Part shown: piece after piece, positions 9,435 through 19,577 of the stretch | How positions within the stretch are numbered: the first letter of the stretch is position 1 | Layout: each line of letters begins with the position of its first letter | Source: a virus | Taxonomy: Duplodnaviria > Caudoviricetes | DNA length: 64,000 nt | Reading direction: 5' to 3' (one strand) | IMG/VR virus record: IMGVR_UViG_2974613666_000001 | Coordinates: 81,401 to 145,400 of that record | The notes under the pieces: model-generated | What the model was told of the DNA's origin: nothing | The model's database searches: none | The model's input: only the letters and a program-made list of their open reading frames with translations | Made by a program: the position numbers and the translations under genes

Positions 9435-11573
9435 ATGTCACGCTTAGATTTAGATAAGTACAGCTACACCACGCCGAAAATAGCCATGCTCTCGTGGTCA
9501 CTACTAGCAGCAGCACTCGGAAGCGCGATCGCTTCTCACTACGGTAGTTACCCACATTCCTTAGATATGTGTTTCTATCCGGTAGCCGCACAGAAAAGAG
9601 ATGCAAAAATAGAGCAATTAAGGATAGACAACTTAATTACAGAAATTTCAGACAAATCACCACAGCCGTCGCTAGGTACAAAACACTGTAATCCCGGACG
9701 TGGTGATATCGGGACTATACCAGCGTCTTATATAAAGAAAGCCCACAATGGTAGCTTGAATGATCGTGCATCAGAACTAGCGCCAATTACTCAAGGTTTA
9801 CGGGGTGGTTGGTTAAAACAGGTTTCAGAAGTGCCAGCCGAAAACCCATTTAAAATTCCTTTTGGTGCTGGTGCTATCGTTCTTGGTACAGGTGCGATAT
9901 TTGCACTTAAGAAACAGCAGGATCAAGCTGGACAATTACGCCCGATGTACAGGGCTACTCAAAGGGGTGCAAGTCTACAGGCAGGTTATGCTTTAGCTCT
10001 GCATGAAGGAGATTTAAAGTTGTCGGCTGAGTTGATGCTTAATAAACTGCGTGGTTTACGTGAGAGTGATGCTCGTATTATGTTCGCTCGGTCTGTAACT
10101 GATGAACAAGCCCACTTCATGCTGCAAGCTATGGACGAGGACGATTATCACTCGTTCGGTTACTTATTAGATAACGGGGCTAGTTTTAATAAGTTTCTAG
10201 CTCCTGCAACTACCCAAGAAGTTCAACTAGAAGCACAACCGGATTTTGTAGCCGAGCCTGTAGCTAACCAACCACCAGACGGTGAACCTGTCGATAAAGT
10301 AGAGTACACAAAAACTGCTGATATGCCAAGGGCTGATAAATATGAACCTTATCGCCAAATAGGTTTACAGATCCTCCAGCAAGCAGGTACACCCGGAAAA
10401 TGTAAGGCTATTGTTGCACCATCGCGTACAGGAAAAACCACAGTTCTTTACTTCATGCTTGAGGAATCCTACAGAGTTCTAGGTGACAACCTAACTTGTT
10501 ATGTGTGGCAAGGAAAGGGCATTGAGCCTATACACCCAAACATCCCACGTAAAAATCATAGTGGGTTCACACTCAAGGAGTTTAACCTTGATGCACTTGA
10601 TGCTGTCTGGGAGGAATACGAGTTACGTCAAGAATTACTAGAACAAGGACATCGTAACTTTGCTCCTACATTACTAATCATTACGGACTGGCAATCAATC
10701 AAGGATCAAATCTCCAGCTTCTCACCAAAAGAATTTAAGGAGATTCAGGCGAAACTGATGACCTTAATCAATAATGGTGCAGCTTTGGGTACAACAATTT
10801 GGTTAGATAGTCAGTCCCCTTCAATTGATGAGTGGGGTTTAGGGTCAAGCTCAATTCGTGACAACTTCGATATCTTTGCCATTGCCAGGATAGGTAAAGA
10901 TAAAAGCGGAGTACCAATGGGTGACACTAAATGTATTACCAAAATGGTAAACAATCCTTATTTAGTACCTGGTGAAAAAGATAGGGTACGATCGCTTGAG
11001 CAGTTCGGTGTACTGGTTGATGGTATGGAATCGGGACAAATCAAAACCTCTGTTATTCTCTCTACTGCTGGTATCGTGCGGTTGGGGATTACACCTGAGT
11101 TTGAGCGTAAGGTTTTACAGTTTCAAACTAAGCAGCCCGCAAGCGACTCCCAACCCACAGACACACCAAAAGAGGTAGAACGTAAGCCTAAAGAGCCTTT
11201 AGAGTTTCCGAAACCTAACCCTAGTCCAGAACCACTACCCAAACCAGAAGATAAGGTGAGGTCTTTATTAGCTGAGGGGAAAAATTACCGTCAGATTTGC
11301 GAAATTCTAGGAGGTAAACACCCTATAAAGCACACAGCAGCAATACTAGGTTCTATGTGTCGTATCGATAAAATTGATATTTTATCAGTTAATGCCAAGA
11401 GTCTGCTAGATGTTCTACGTGGTGAAGGCTGGATAGAAATTGACAGCAGTAGATTTACAGAGCTAGTGTCCCCTCTGGGGTTTAGTGGTTATGATCTAGC
11501 CACTTACTTAGAGGAATTGGAACTGCTTACTTTTACTCAGGTTAAGGACGGTTGTGTAAGAGCCTTGTATTAA
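9435..11573 (+). CDS. Membrane-anchored P-loop ATPase, FtsK/HerA/TraB-like
   Basis: Two N-terminal TM segments, Walker A APSRTGKT, Walker B-like LLIITD, IWLDSQS motif, Pro-rich linker and small C-terminal domain; start after AGGTAAAACAG. Confidence 0.6.
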   Translation: MSRLDLDKYSYTTPKIAMLSWSLLAAALGSAIASHYGSYPHSLDMCFYPVAAQKRDAKIEQLRIDNLITEISDKSPQPSLGTKHCNPGRGDIGTIPASYIKKAHNGSLNDRASELAPITQGLRGGWLKQVSEVPAENPFKIPFGAGAIVLGTGAIFALKKQQDQAGQLRPMYRATQRGASLQAGYALALHEGDLKLSAELMLNKLRGLRESDARIMFARSVTDEQAHFMLQAMDEDDYHSFGYLLDNGASFNKFLAPATTQEVQLEAQPDFVAEPVANQPPDGEPVDKVEYTKTADMPRADKYEPYRQIGLQILQQAGTPGKCKAIVAPSRTGKTTVLYFMLEESYRVLGDNLTCYVWQGKGIEPIHPNIPRKNHSGFTLKEFNLDALDAVWEEYELRQELLEQGHRNFAPTLLIITDWQSIKDQISSFSPKEFKEIQAKLMTLINNGAALGTTIWLDSQSPSIDEWGLGSSSIRDNFDIFAIARIGKDKSGVPMGDTKCITKMVNNPYLVPGEKDRVRSLEQFGVLVDGMESGQIKTSVILSTAGIVRLGITPEFERKVLQFQTKQPASDSQPTDTPKEVERKPKEPLEFPKPNPSPEPLPKPEDKVRSLLAEGKNYRQICEILGGKHPIKHTAAILGSMCRIDKIDILSVNAKSLLDVLRGEGWIEIDSSRFTELVSPLGFSGYDLATYLEELELLTFTQVKDGCVRALY

Positions 11574-11590
11574 TCCGACGATTGGGTATA

Positions 11591-11632
11591 AAAACAAACC
11601 TCCTTAGACCCGTATCTAAGGAGGTTTGTTTT
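11591..11632. terminator. Bidirectional terminator
   Basis: aaaacaaacctccttaga...tctaaggaggtttgtttt between convergent genes. Confidence 0.8.
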
Positions 11633-11649
11633 GCACTAATAAAGTATAA

Positions 11650-13056
11650 TTAAGCGCTTTTAGCCTCACCTGATTCCAAGCTACCCAACAACATGGGAAA
11701 GCATAAAGAACCGATTGCCACCAAGTCGCAGGGTTCAAACTTAGCACCGGGGTGTTTTGCATAAAGTAATAGTCTCCAAGGTTCTACTACAGATACAACG
11801 TACATTCCAAACACTTGGTTAAAATCACTTTGGGATATGGTAGCTGAAAAGTAGCCATCATCCGCCTGCTTAACTTTTTGCTTGTAACCGGATCTACTTT
11901 TTATCTTTCTAATATTCCCGGATAATGCTTTATTATCCCTGTCGTCTGTAAGTAGTTGTCTCAGTAATTCATCTAAAGCCCATAGATAAGTAGCCTGCAC
12001 CTTCTCAAAGTCCACTTCTAAAGCGAACACATCAAAATTAGCACCCTCAGCTATTTCAGAAGGTGTTACTTTTATACAGGTAGTTTCAAGAAATTTAGAA
12101 TAACCGGACACTATTGCGTCAACATCTATAGGTCGTTTAGCATCGGGATCTTCTGCCAGTTCTACACCTAAAGCAACCATAACAGTTCTGAGACTTATTG
12201 CAGCATCATTACCTCTGAGGAAATTACCACTCTGGAGTCTATTAGGCTCAAGTATGGGGAACTTACTAGCTAATGCTTTTGTCAGCAGTTCAGGATTTAG
12301 CTCATCTTCATTGTCTAGCAACTCCAACCCGTAGCATACCATATTATGAAACTTATTAGCCCGTTTGACCCACTTGGCTATCATCTGCTTTGATATCTTT
12401 AATTTACTGGACATGGTGACGTTACTTTCACCACTCAACTTACCCGTAAGGATTTGCTTAAACATTTTCGGATATCGATCCAATAACTCAGGTGTTAGTT
12501 TATCAGCATTAGATAACTGGGCTTGTGACTGGGGTAGTTTACCAGCGTCATACAGTTCACCATATTTATAGTTTAAATAGTCAAGGATGATATCAAACCC
12601 TTGATTACCTGTATTTTCTAAGATTTCAGGTGTCACTTTGTTGGAAAAACCACCATGAGCATGGTAGTGGAGAATTAAACCAACCAGCATCAAAAAGTAG
12701 TTAGGTTGTGTCGTGCCTTTTGTTGATTTCCCTGGGATTGAATAAAAATCGGATTTACTGATTCCTAATAAATCACATAAAGTATCAATGCGAATACCTT
12801 TAGTTTGGCTAGGGAACGGTACGCCTAAATAACCAAGTAAATGATCACAGAAGTGAGAGCATTCCCATTTCTGGATTAATTTACCTTCTTGCAGTTTGTC
12901 ATCAAGATGAAAAAGGTCATACCTTACTTCTTTTGAATATCGAAAGGTTTCTTGAAGAATTATGATCTTATCTTCTGGTGGGTGTTCAGCCATCCATTCT
13001 CGAAGCTTGCTGATAGTGTACTGGACTTCTAGCGGTTGTATAATTGTAGCGGTCAT
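11650..13056 (-). CDS. Hypothetical protein, possibly DNA-binding
   Basis: 468 aa; IDTLCDLLGISKSDF and MSSKLKISKQMIAKWVKR are HTH-like. Confidence 0.5.
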   Translation of the reverse strand: MTATIIQPLEVQYTISKLREWMAEHPPEDKIIILQETFRYSKEVRYDLFHLDDKLQEGKLIQKWECSHFCDHLLGYLGVPFPSQTKGIRIDTLCDLLGISKSDFYSIPGKSTKGTTQPNYFLMLVGLILHYHAHGGFSNKVTPEILENTGNQGFDIILDYLNYKYGELYDAGKLPQSQAQLSNADKLTPELLDRYPKMFKQILTGKLSGESNVTMSSKLKISKQMIAKWVKRANKFHNMVCYGLELLDNEDELNPELLTKALASKFPILEPNRLQSGNFLRGNDAAISLRTVMVALGVELAEDPDAKRPIDVDAIVSGYSKFLETTCIKVTPSEIAEGANFDVFALEVDFEKVQATYLWALDELLRQLLTDDRDNKALSGNIRKIKSRSGYKQKVKQADDGYFSATISQSDFNQVFGMYVVSVVEPWRLLLYAKHPGAKFEPCDLVAIGSLCFPMLLGSLESGEAKSA

Positions 13057-13102
13057 TGTTTTTTTTCTCTTGTTGTAGTGATTACTTATTTTAGCGGTAG
13101 TG

Positions 13103-13633
13103 TTATGTTTTGATCAAGTATGGCTTCTGCAATATTGGCAGGTATGCTTGGTAAACATAATGAGCAAGTAGAAAGCTTTCTGCCAAATTACTAGACTCGG
13201 CGATCGCTCCTCCTCTTTTTTTGCTTAATCCGTGGGGAGGGTAAACTAGCCCCATATTTTTAGCGAGAGCAATTGACAGGTTCTTGTTGGAAGTTAACCC
13301 CCATTTAGCTTTCCAGTCTTGCGGTTTAGCTGTAGCCAGATCGACGTGAGGCTCATTATCAATTTGAGCAATTAAATTTACAGCAGATCCAAAAGTCATC
13401 GCTCCTTTAGTCCCCTGGTTAAAGCTATAAATAGCCTCAGCCATAAATTTAATCTGCGGGTAGGTTCTAAGCCAATCAATAGTAGCCACAATGTTTACTG
13501 CTATCGCATTCTTGTACTTAACTGGAATTAGTGGCAATAGTTTTAGCTCCACTGTCCTACCTTGTTCATCCAAAATAACAATCCAACCGTCATTCACCTG
13601 GCTATCCATACCAGCAAAGTATATTTCGCTCAT
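13103..13633 (-). CDS. RuvC-like Holliday junction resolvase
   Basis: N-terminal AGMDS, MAEA, MTFG, PQDWK and AESFLLA pattern. Confidence 0.65.
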   Translation of the reverse strand: MSEIYFAGMDSQVNDGWIVILDEQGRTVELKLLPLIPVKYKNAIAVNIVATIDWLRTYPQIKFMAEAIYSFNQGTKGAMTFGSAVNLIAQIDNEPHVDLATAKPQDWKAKWGLTSNKNLSIALAKNMGLVYPPHGLSKKRGGAIAESSNLAESFLLAHYVYQAYLPILQKPYLIKT

Positions 13634-13753
13634 TTATCTCGCCTGTTTCAACTATCTCAATACCATATCATAGCATTGTTGCTAGAATATACTAAATAAA
13701 AAAGACCGCAGCTAACAACTGCGGTCATTCCTTGCTGTTATTTAGAGGCAAAT

Positions 13754-14974
13754 TTAGAAAGGTACGTCGTTGGGGTCAGGTTCAGCAGTTCCAACACCAA
13801 CACCTACAGGTACTTTTTCCTCAGCTACAGGTACAGCGTCAACAGGTAAAGTTTGTTGTGCTGTCACTGGTGTAGCTTGCACATTCAAAGTAGCCGCAAG
13901 GGGTGAAGCTGATTTACTTGGGTTAATAGCTGGTGCTTGCATTGCGGCTGGTTGTGCAGATTTTAATTGCGCTGCTAGGGCAATTTGAGGCAGCCTTACA
14001 TTCAAGTAAGCTTTACCAGCCTCCAGGTTGGCGAATACACGACCAATGGGGCGAACACCACCATTGGACATTACATCATCTGACTCATGAGTGAGAATAA
14101 TGCTTCCGGGTTTACCCTTAGCCGCTAATGCAAGAATACTGGAATCTTGATCACCATTGTTTGTAATGGCTTTGCCAAAAAAGGAACCCTTGGAAGCATT
14201 GACAATGTAAGATTCCTTGGTTTCCACATTGACAGCCTTAAACCGCCAGTTTTGGATTTTAATTTGCTGTCCAGCGCGATCACCTTTCTTAGCCGTGATA
14301 GTTCTATCTTCCCATTCAATTTGACTAACCTCATACCCACCGTAAGGTAACTCCTTTAACTGAGTAAAGTTAGCACCCTCACCTATAGCACCTACAGCAG
14401 GTGAGCTAATCAGGCGAGAGTAAAGCTCGCTCATATCTGCTGAGGTTGCAAAAATCTTGACAATTTCCTCAGAAGCTTTTTCTACATCACGGTTAGTAGC
14501 AATCGAGAAGGATAGTTTATTGCCATCTTTCTTAACTTGTCCTGCTACGTTGAAATCAAACGAGAAGCAAGCATACTCTCGTTTGTCTTCTCCAACCTTA
14601 ACTTCAAGAATTTCGGGAATGATTTTATCACCTGCTACTTGGAACACGTCAAGTAAAGGGAGTTTCCAATCACCTGTGGTAAAGTAAAGGTGCATTTGTT
14701 CGTTCTCGTCTTTACCGTTGCGGAAAGCTGGACTAATTACATACTTGACTTGAAACTGATCATCAATGGAATATTTAAGCAATTCCACATCTTCAGCAAT
14801 GCCGAACATTCCAGCAAGCTTAACAATTGCAGAAGCCCCAGCCCCTTTGATGTTGCGAATTTGGGCTAAGGATAAACCAAAAATACCAGGCTTGAAGTTA
14901 CCATAATCAATACCATCAAGCACTACAACATCATAAGAACGGAAAGATTCAGAATTAAACAATGCCATAATCAA
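13754..14974 (-). CDS. Putative single-stranded DNA-binding protein
   Basis: Beta-rich body, low-complexity linker, C-terminal DPNDVPF tip; lies among recombination genes. Confidence 0.45.
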   Translation of the reverse strand: MIMALFNSESFRSYDVVVLDGIDYGNFKPGIFGLSLAQIRNIKGAGASAIVKLAGMFGIAEDVELLKYSIDDQFQVKYVISPAFRNGKDENEQMHLYFTTGDWKLPLLDVFQVAGDKIIPEILEVKVGEDKREYACFSFDFNVAGQVKKDGNKLSFSIATNRDVEKASEEIVKIFATSADMSELYSRLISSPAVGAIGEGANFTQLKELPYGGYEVSQIEWEDRTITAKKGDRAGQQIKIQNWRFKAVNVETKESYIVNASKGSFFGKAITNNGDQDSSILALAAKGKPGSIILTHESDDVMSNGGVRPIGRVFANLEAGKAYLNVRLPQIALAAQLKSAQPAAMQAPAINPSKSASPLAATLNVQATPVTAQQTLPVDAVPVAEEKVPVGVGVGTAEPDPNDVPF

Positions 14975-15027
14975 AAATCCAAAAAGAGGTGTAAAAAAGT
15001 TAGTTAGGTTTTCACCCGACTTATAAT

Positions 15028-15056
15028 ATAGTAGCTCTGCTATATTATATTGTCAA
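15028..15056 (-). promoter_or_regulatory. Promoter with operator palindrome
   Basis: Minus strand TTGACA-17 bp-TACTAT; palindrome at 15029-15042. Confidence 0.75.
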
Positions 15057-15104
15057 GTGATCGAGTGAAACATTTTGAAAAGTAATGTGAGACAGTTGAT
15101 ACAA

Positions 15105-17342
15105 CTACGCTGCTAAAGGTTCAGGCTTTTTAGTTTCGGCTTGATAGCGCTCATTAAACTCGATTGTGAACATCCCGAACTCAGCACTTAAAGCCCCGTA
15201 AACCTTTTTGTTACTTGCATTCCCGTCATGTCCATATTTTGATCGCAAGTAAGCATGATAAAACAGGTAATTACCGTAGGTAGGTGACTCCCCAAATATG
15301 GCGTGTTTTTTCCATACGTGTGAAGGTTCCACGTCAGGGTACAGCTTTTTAAACTGGAAGTAAGACCATCCAGGACTATAACCGTACATTAGAATAGCTA
15401 ACTTGAGATAAATCCGATATACTGCTTCTGGTGATTGCCCTGCTGTAGATAATCGTTCTACAAATTTCACTACATTAGAAGTACCAAGTTGTTTTTTCAA
15501 ATCCTCCAGGAATTTATCAGCTACTTTCTTGCGGTTATCCCCCTCTTTCAAGAACGCAATACTTAACTCTTGGAACTTTTGAACCTTTTCGTACAATTCC
15601 GGTTTGTCGCTAAATAGTGCATCACTATACTGTACTAGCTCAAAGGTTTGAGTCTGCAACCTTTCATTAGGTAAGCGTTCATCATTCCTAAAAATGAAGC
15701 CATTAACAGCCTTACGCAGTAGTTCCAAGGATTTATACAGACCTTTCTGCATTTCTCTATCGTCTAGAGGTAAGGCGTTAGCTTCCTGGGTTATAGCCAA
15801 CAGGGTTAAATTAAGCTGCTTAAGTACCCGGTCATCAATATAAAACTCACCCACACTATCCTTAGAGTAAGCATCCACCAAGGCTTGAAGCTCGTTAAAC
15901 TCCTCTTCTTCAGTTTTATCCTCTGGTTTTGGCAGTTCCTCACCGCACTTATAGCACTGTTTCATCCCACGACCACAGACAGTACCACAATACTTACAGG
16001 TTTTACCCTTCTTAGGTATAGGAACCTGAGATAACTTTTCATCTTCTGGTATAGTCCAATCAAAAACCTCATCTGGCAGGGGGAAGTAAGGGTTAGCACA
16101 CATATCGAACATCCTGCACTCAGTTTTACCCGTGGACTTAGACATTCTTAATCCACGTCCAAGTATTTGGGTAAATAGCGCAAAACCAGACTGCCCGAAG
16201 GTACGAAGTAAAACAATATTTTCCACACTTGGCTCATCAAAGCCGATCGCTAGGCAAGTTACGGTGAATAGTAAAGCCTTTTTTTCTCTAAACTTTTGAA
16301 AAGCCGCAACACGATCGCTCGACTTTGTGCTGTCACAGACTAGAATCAGTTCCTTATCAATGCCAAGTTCTTTCAACTTTTCGCCAAAGTAAGCCATATA
16401 CTTACGAGCGATCGCTTGTCGTCCAAAAAAGAATATGGTCTGTTGATTGAAGACTGATTCTAAATCACCGCCGTTATGCAGATGATCACTTGGATTAGCT
16501 AGCATTTCCCACGAACTTTCAGGGCTTGCCACTTTCTCAAGTACAGCTAATTCTTCAGCTTCTGTGAAATCACCCCTTATGGCTTGTTTGCGTTCCATAG
16601 TCGCCATAGGGAAATAGCGATACGGTGAGTTAAATCCAGTTTGGATCATTTCATGAGTAGTTGTAACTTGGTGGTGGGTTACTCCCTCTGGGTATTCTGC
16701 GCCATCACCACGCCAGGGGGTAGCTGTAAGCAATAGCTCCTTAGACTTTTTGAAGTATTTGTACTTGTCTAACTGCTGGTGAAGTTCGCGTCTGAAATAT
16801 CCCTGATGTGACTCATCAATACATATTACAGATATAGGTACATCTGGGACACCCCTTGATTCAATAGTTTGACCCATAGCCACTATCACTTTTACCTTGG
16901 AAAAATCCTTACAGACAGGTTTACTGCCTGCTTGGAATCCTATTTCTGACTGCCATAGCCTACCTGCTGGCTTAGATTGTTTTAGTAGTCGGTTGTAAAC
17001 CTGTTCTACTTGAGACGTAAACGGGTTCTTGCGCTCTGGATCTTGCGCCAAAACCATCTCGTACATTTGCTTAGTCCCAATAAAGCCTTTATAAATCAGG
17101 GTTGTTACGAATTGGTCAAGTAAAGATTGGTAAGGGACAATTACCATACTTGTGTTGCCCCTAGCTCTGGCTAACCAAGCTATTTGAGCAAATATAACTG
17201 TTTTACCAGCGCCACAGGGAGCGACAAGTGAAACTATTTTAGCCCCATTAGTATACGTTTCACGAGCATAATCGATAGCCTGTTGCTGATATTCTCGTGG
17301 CTCTAGTGTGATTACTGTTGGTTTAGTTAGTGTTGTAGCCAT
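15105..17342 (-). CDS. SF2 DEAD/DEAH-like helicase (ResIII/RadD/UvsW-like) with zinc ribbon
   Basis: PREYQ Q-motif, APCGAGKT, DESH, TATP, QILGRGLR, two CxxC; likely start MATTL at 17342. Confidence 0.85.
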   Translation of the reverse strand: MATTLTKPTVITLEPREYQQQAIDYARETYTNGAKIVSLVAPCGAGKTVIFAQIAWLARARGNTSMVIVPYQSLLDQFVTTLIYKGFIGTKQMYEMVLAQDPERKNPFTSQVEQVYNRLLKQSKPAGRLWQSEIGFQAGSKPVCKDFSKVKVIVAMGQTIESRGVPDVPISVICIDESHQGYFRRELHQQLDKYKYFKKSKELLLTATPWRGDGAEYPEGVTHHQVTTTHEMIQTGFNSPYRYFPMATMERKQAIRGDFTEAEELAVLEKVASPESSWEMLANPSDHLHNGGDLESVFNQQTIFFFGRQAIARKYMAYFGEKLKELGIDKELILVCDSTKSSDRVAAFQKFREKKALLFTVTCLAIGFDEPSVENIVLLRTFGQSGFALFTQILGRGLRMSKSTGKTECRMFDMCANPYFPLPDEVFDWTIPEDEKLSQVPIPKKGKTCKYCGTVCGRGMKQCYKCGEELPKPEDKTEEEEFNELQALVDAYSKDSVGEFYIDDRVLKQLNLTLLAITQEANALPLDDREMQKGLYKSLELLRKAVNGFIFRNDERLPNERLQTQTFELVQYSDALFSDKPELYEKVQKFQELSIAFLKEGDNRKKVADKFLEDLKKQLGTSNVVKFVERLSTAGQSPEAVYRIYLKLAILMYGYSPGWSYFQFKKLYPDVEPSHVWKKHAIFGESPTYGNYLFYHAYLRSKYGHDGNASNKKVYGALSAEFGMFTIEFNERYQAETKKPEPLAA

Positions 17343-17361
17343 TGTTTTATTCTCGTGTAAT

Positions 17362-18345
17362 TTAATCTGTGCAAGAGCAAGCTTCGTTAAAATCATAAGA
17401 GTCTGTCTGAGGTGTGTCTGATGCAAATCTATCTTTCAACCGCTTGTCACCGAATGTTCTACGCATCTCACGCTCTTTGTCATTCCACCAAAAGTATCTG
17501 ATAGGGTTAGCCTTAAACTGCTTTTCCATTTCTTCTGTGCGATGGAAAAAACAGTAATCACAATTACTTACCTCTGGAAAAATGAATGGCGGGTGTTTGT
17601 CCCAAAAAGCCCTCACGTCTGACTGAGTAACACGATCTGTATAAAGAGGAAACTGTTTAAACCTCCAATCAGCAGATTTTATCCACCTGTGCTTACCTTT
17701 AAATGTTCCGGCTATATCACACTTATGAGAAAAATCTAGAGGCTCACAACCACCAGAGGTAGACCAATCTAGTGATTTTGTTTCACTACTGTACGAGGCT
17801 CCAAGATTTCTAAAAACTCTTTGTGCTTCATCCCATCTAAAGCCTATATTCATCTCTACCACATTATTTATGGTTAAAGAAGTATCACCTAGAGTTGGGT
17901 TGAGTAAGTTTAAATAACACCACTCAAAAATAGGCTTTAGCTTCATCTCTATAGTGCAAAAACGAGTACGTCTATTAGGTAAGGCGTTCTTAGCTCTTAT
18001 AACATCATCAAAAGTTCTATCAGACGCTAGAAACTTTATCTCTTTACCTAATTTTTGCTCTAAGGCAAGTACAACTTTAAGAGTCTCATCTAACTCTCTA
18101 CTAGCTTTGAAGTGCGGTATGCGTCTAATCATCTCTCTCTCTAAACCTTTATCTCTGGGAACTGACAGATGATCATCTGTCAGCACAACAGCAAAAAGGT
18201 TAACATCCGTAGGGTAATGAATAGCCATATAAGATGAAGTTCTACCACCACTTAAGCTTGATACTGTTGTGTTTGCTATTCCCCTAGTGTTCTGCAAGAT
18301 TAGATCAGCCTGATCAACATCAGATAGTAACGTGTTGGACAACAT
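17362..18345 (-). CDS. PAPS-reductase-like PP-loop protein
   Basis: SLSGGRTS PP-loop, RFCTIEMK, GFRWDE, SNCDYCF. Confidence 0.75.
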   Translation of the reverse strand: MLSNTLLSDVDQADLILQNTRGIANTTVSSLSGGRTSSYMAIHYPTDVNLFAVVLTDDHLSVPRDKGLEREMIRRIPHFKASRELDETLKVVLALEQKLGKEIKFLASDRTFDDVIRAKNALPNRRTRFCTIEMKLKPIFEWCYLNLLNPTLGDTSLTINNVVEMNIGFRWDEAQRVFRNLGASYSSETKSLDWSTSGGCEPLDFSHKCDIAGTFKGKHRWIKSADWRFKQFPLYTDRVTQSDVRAFWDKHPPFIFPEVSNCDYCFFHRTEEMEKQFKANPIRYFWWNDKEREMRRTFGDKRLKDRFASDTPQTDSYDFNEACSCTD

Positions 18346-18596
18346 TATTCAATTCCAAGTGTAGATTTTCCAAGGTCTGTTAGCTCTACTTTTCTCTGTA
18401 GTTTGCTGTCTTTTGGCATTAAGTAGATAAGCTGGTGATGCTGCAAAATTTCTACCGTTCTAACCGATGACGGGTGTACTTTTACATCAGCTATAAATAC
18501 TTCGGTGACTTCGTGGTATATAGAACCAGATACACGTACTATTTCGCCAGAAGCTAACACTTTTAAAAAGTTCAGTTGTGATTTGGTTAATTTCAT
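18345..18596 (-). CDS. Small putative winged-helix protein
   Basis: LTKSQLNFL...LTDLG pattern; translationally coupled. Confidence 0.5.
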   Translation of the reverse strand: MKLTKSQLNFLKVLASGEIVRVSGSIYHEVTEVFIADVKVHPSSVRTVEILQHHQLIYLMPKDSKLQRKVELTDLGKSTLGIE

Positions 18597-18919
18597 GATG
18601 ATTTTTTGTCAAACACTTGTTGATTAATTGAGATTTTTCTTAGACCATCTTTAGACGGCTTACCAATATTCAAGTAGTGCTTATTTATCAGACCCGCCAA
18701 AGGAATTAAAGCTGCATTCATTAGGATCTGATTATCAATACAAAGCATGGAGCCTTTTGAAAACTTTAATTCTGGTTCAGTTGTAAAAGCACCCCTAACC
18801 TCTACAGACTTTGCTTTGTAAATACGCTGTAGTGTATACATTTGAGATGTTGTTAAGTCTTTCAAATGGTGTACGTCTGGGTATAGTTTCTTAGGACTAC
18901 CAGCTTTCGTAAATGCCAT
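18593..18919 (-). CDS. Hypothetical protein, possible paralog of 18345..18596
   Basis: LTTSQMYTL...VEVRG; GGAG RBS. Confidence 0.55.
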   Translation of the reverse strand: MAFTKAGSPKKLYPDVHHLKDLTTSQMYTLQRIYKAKSVEVRGAFTTEPELKFSKGSMLCIDNQILMNAALIPLAGLINKHYLNIGKPSKDGLRKISINQQVFDKKSS

Positions 18920-18932
18920 AATTTTTATCTCC

Positions 18933-19232
18933 TTAATTCGTGTAATGGTTGATCATTTCTCTGTGCAAGTCATAAACCATGAAGGCTTCTGATGCAGTTA
19001 GCTCTCTATCTATGTTTTCACAACAATCTTCTAGAAAAGTTTGTAGACTGAAAGACTGTAAAAAAGGTGTAAACATTATTCCTGTATTAGACAAGTTTTC
19101 CTTTTTATGGAGCGCTACAGCAATAATAGCTACAAAGCTTAGTTCTGTGTCTGGTGAAAATACACCAGCAGATATGCCCTTATCTAGATGACTTTTTAGC
19201 TCAGGGTTGTAGATTATTGCTTTAGGATTCAT
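18933..19232 (-). CDS. Hypothetical protein
   Basis: ATGA coupling. Confidence 0.55.
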   Translation of the reverse strand: MNPKAIIYNPELKSHLDKGISAGVFSPDTELSFVAIIAVALHKKENLSNTGIMFTPFLQSFSLQTFLEDCCENIDRELTASEAFMVYDLHREMINHYTN

Positions 19233-19564
19233 GGTTTAACACCTTTAATTAAAAATGAATATTCTGTATTTGCTCTTGTGACTTCCTGCCCACAACTAGA
19301 GCAAATCTCAGGTAAAAGTGGAAAACCCTGACCTATTTTATTTCTCGCAACTTCTGACAAAATACCTGATTCACATTTGTGATATGCAACGAAATCTACC
19401 TGACATTTACCCGCCACTTCTAAAGTAACTGCAAGAGCGATCGCGTAACTCTTCTCTATCTCAAGTGTACCAGCTAGCTGTTCTAAATCTTGAAAGTCAA
19501 ATGTGATATATCCCTGAAATTCGATTAAATCTTGATCAGCAATTCCGGTTTCTGGTTGTATCAT
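19229..19564 (-). CDS. Hypothetical protein, possible zinc finger
   Basis: HKC and CSSC residues. Confidence 0.55.
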   Translation of the reverse strand: MIQPETGIADQDLIEFQGYITFDFQDLEQLAGTLEIEKSYAIALAVTLEVAGKCQVDFVAYHKCESGILSEVARNKIGQGFPLLPEICSSCGQEVTRANTEYSFLIKGVKP

Positions 19565-19577
19565 GTCGCTACCATAA

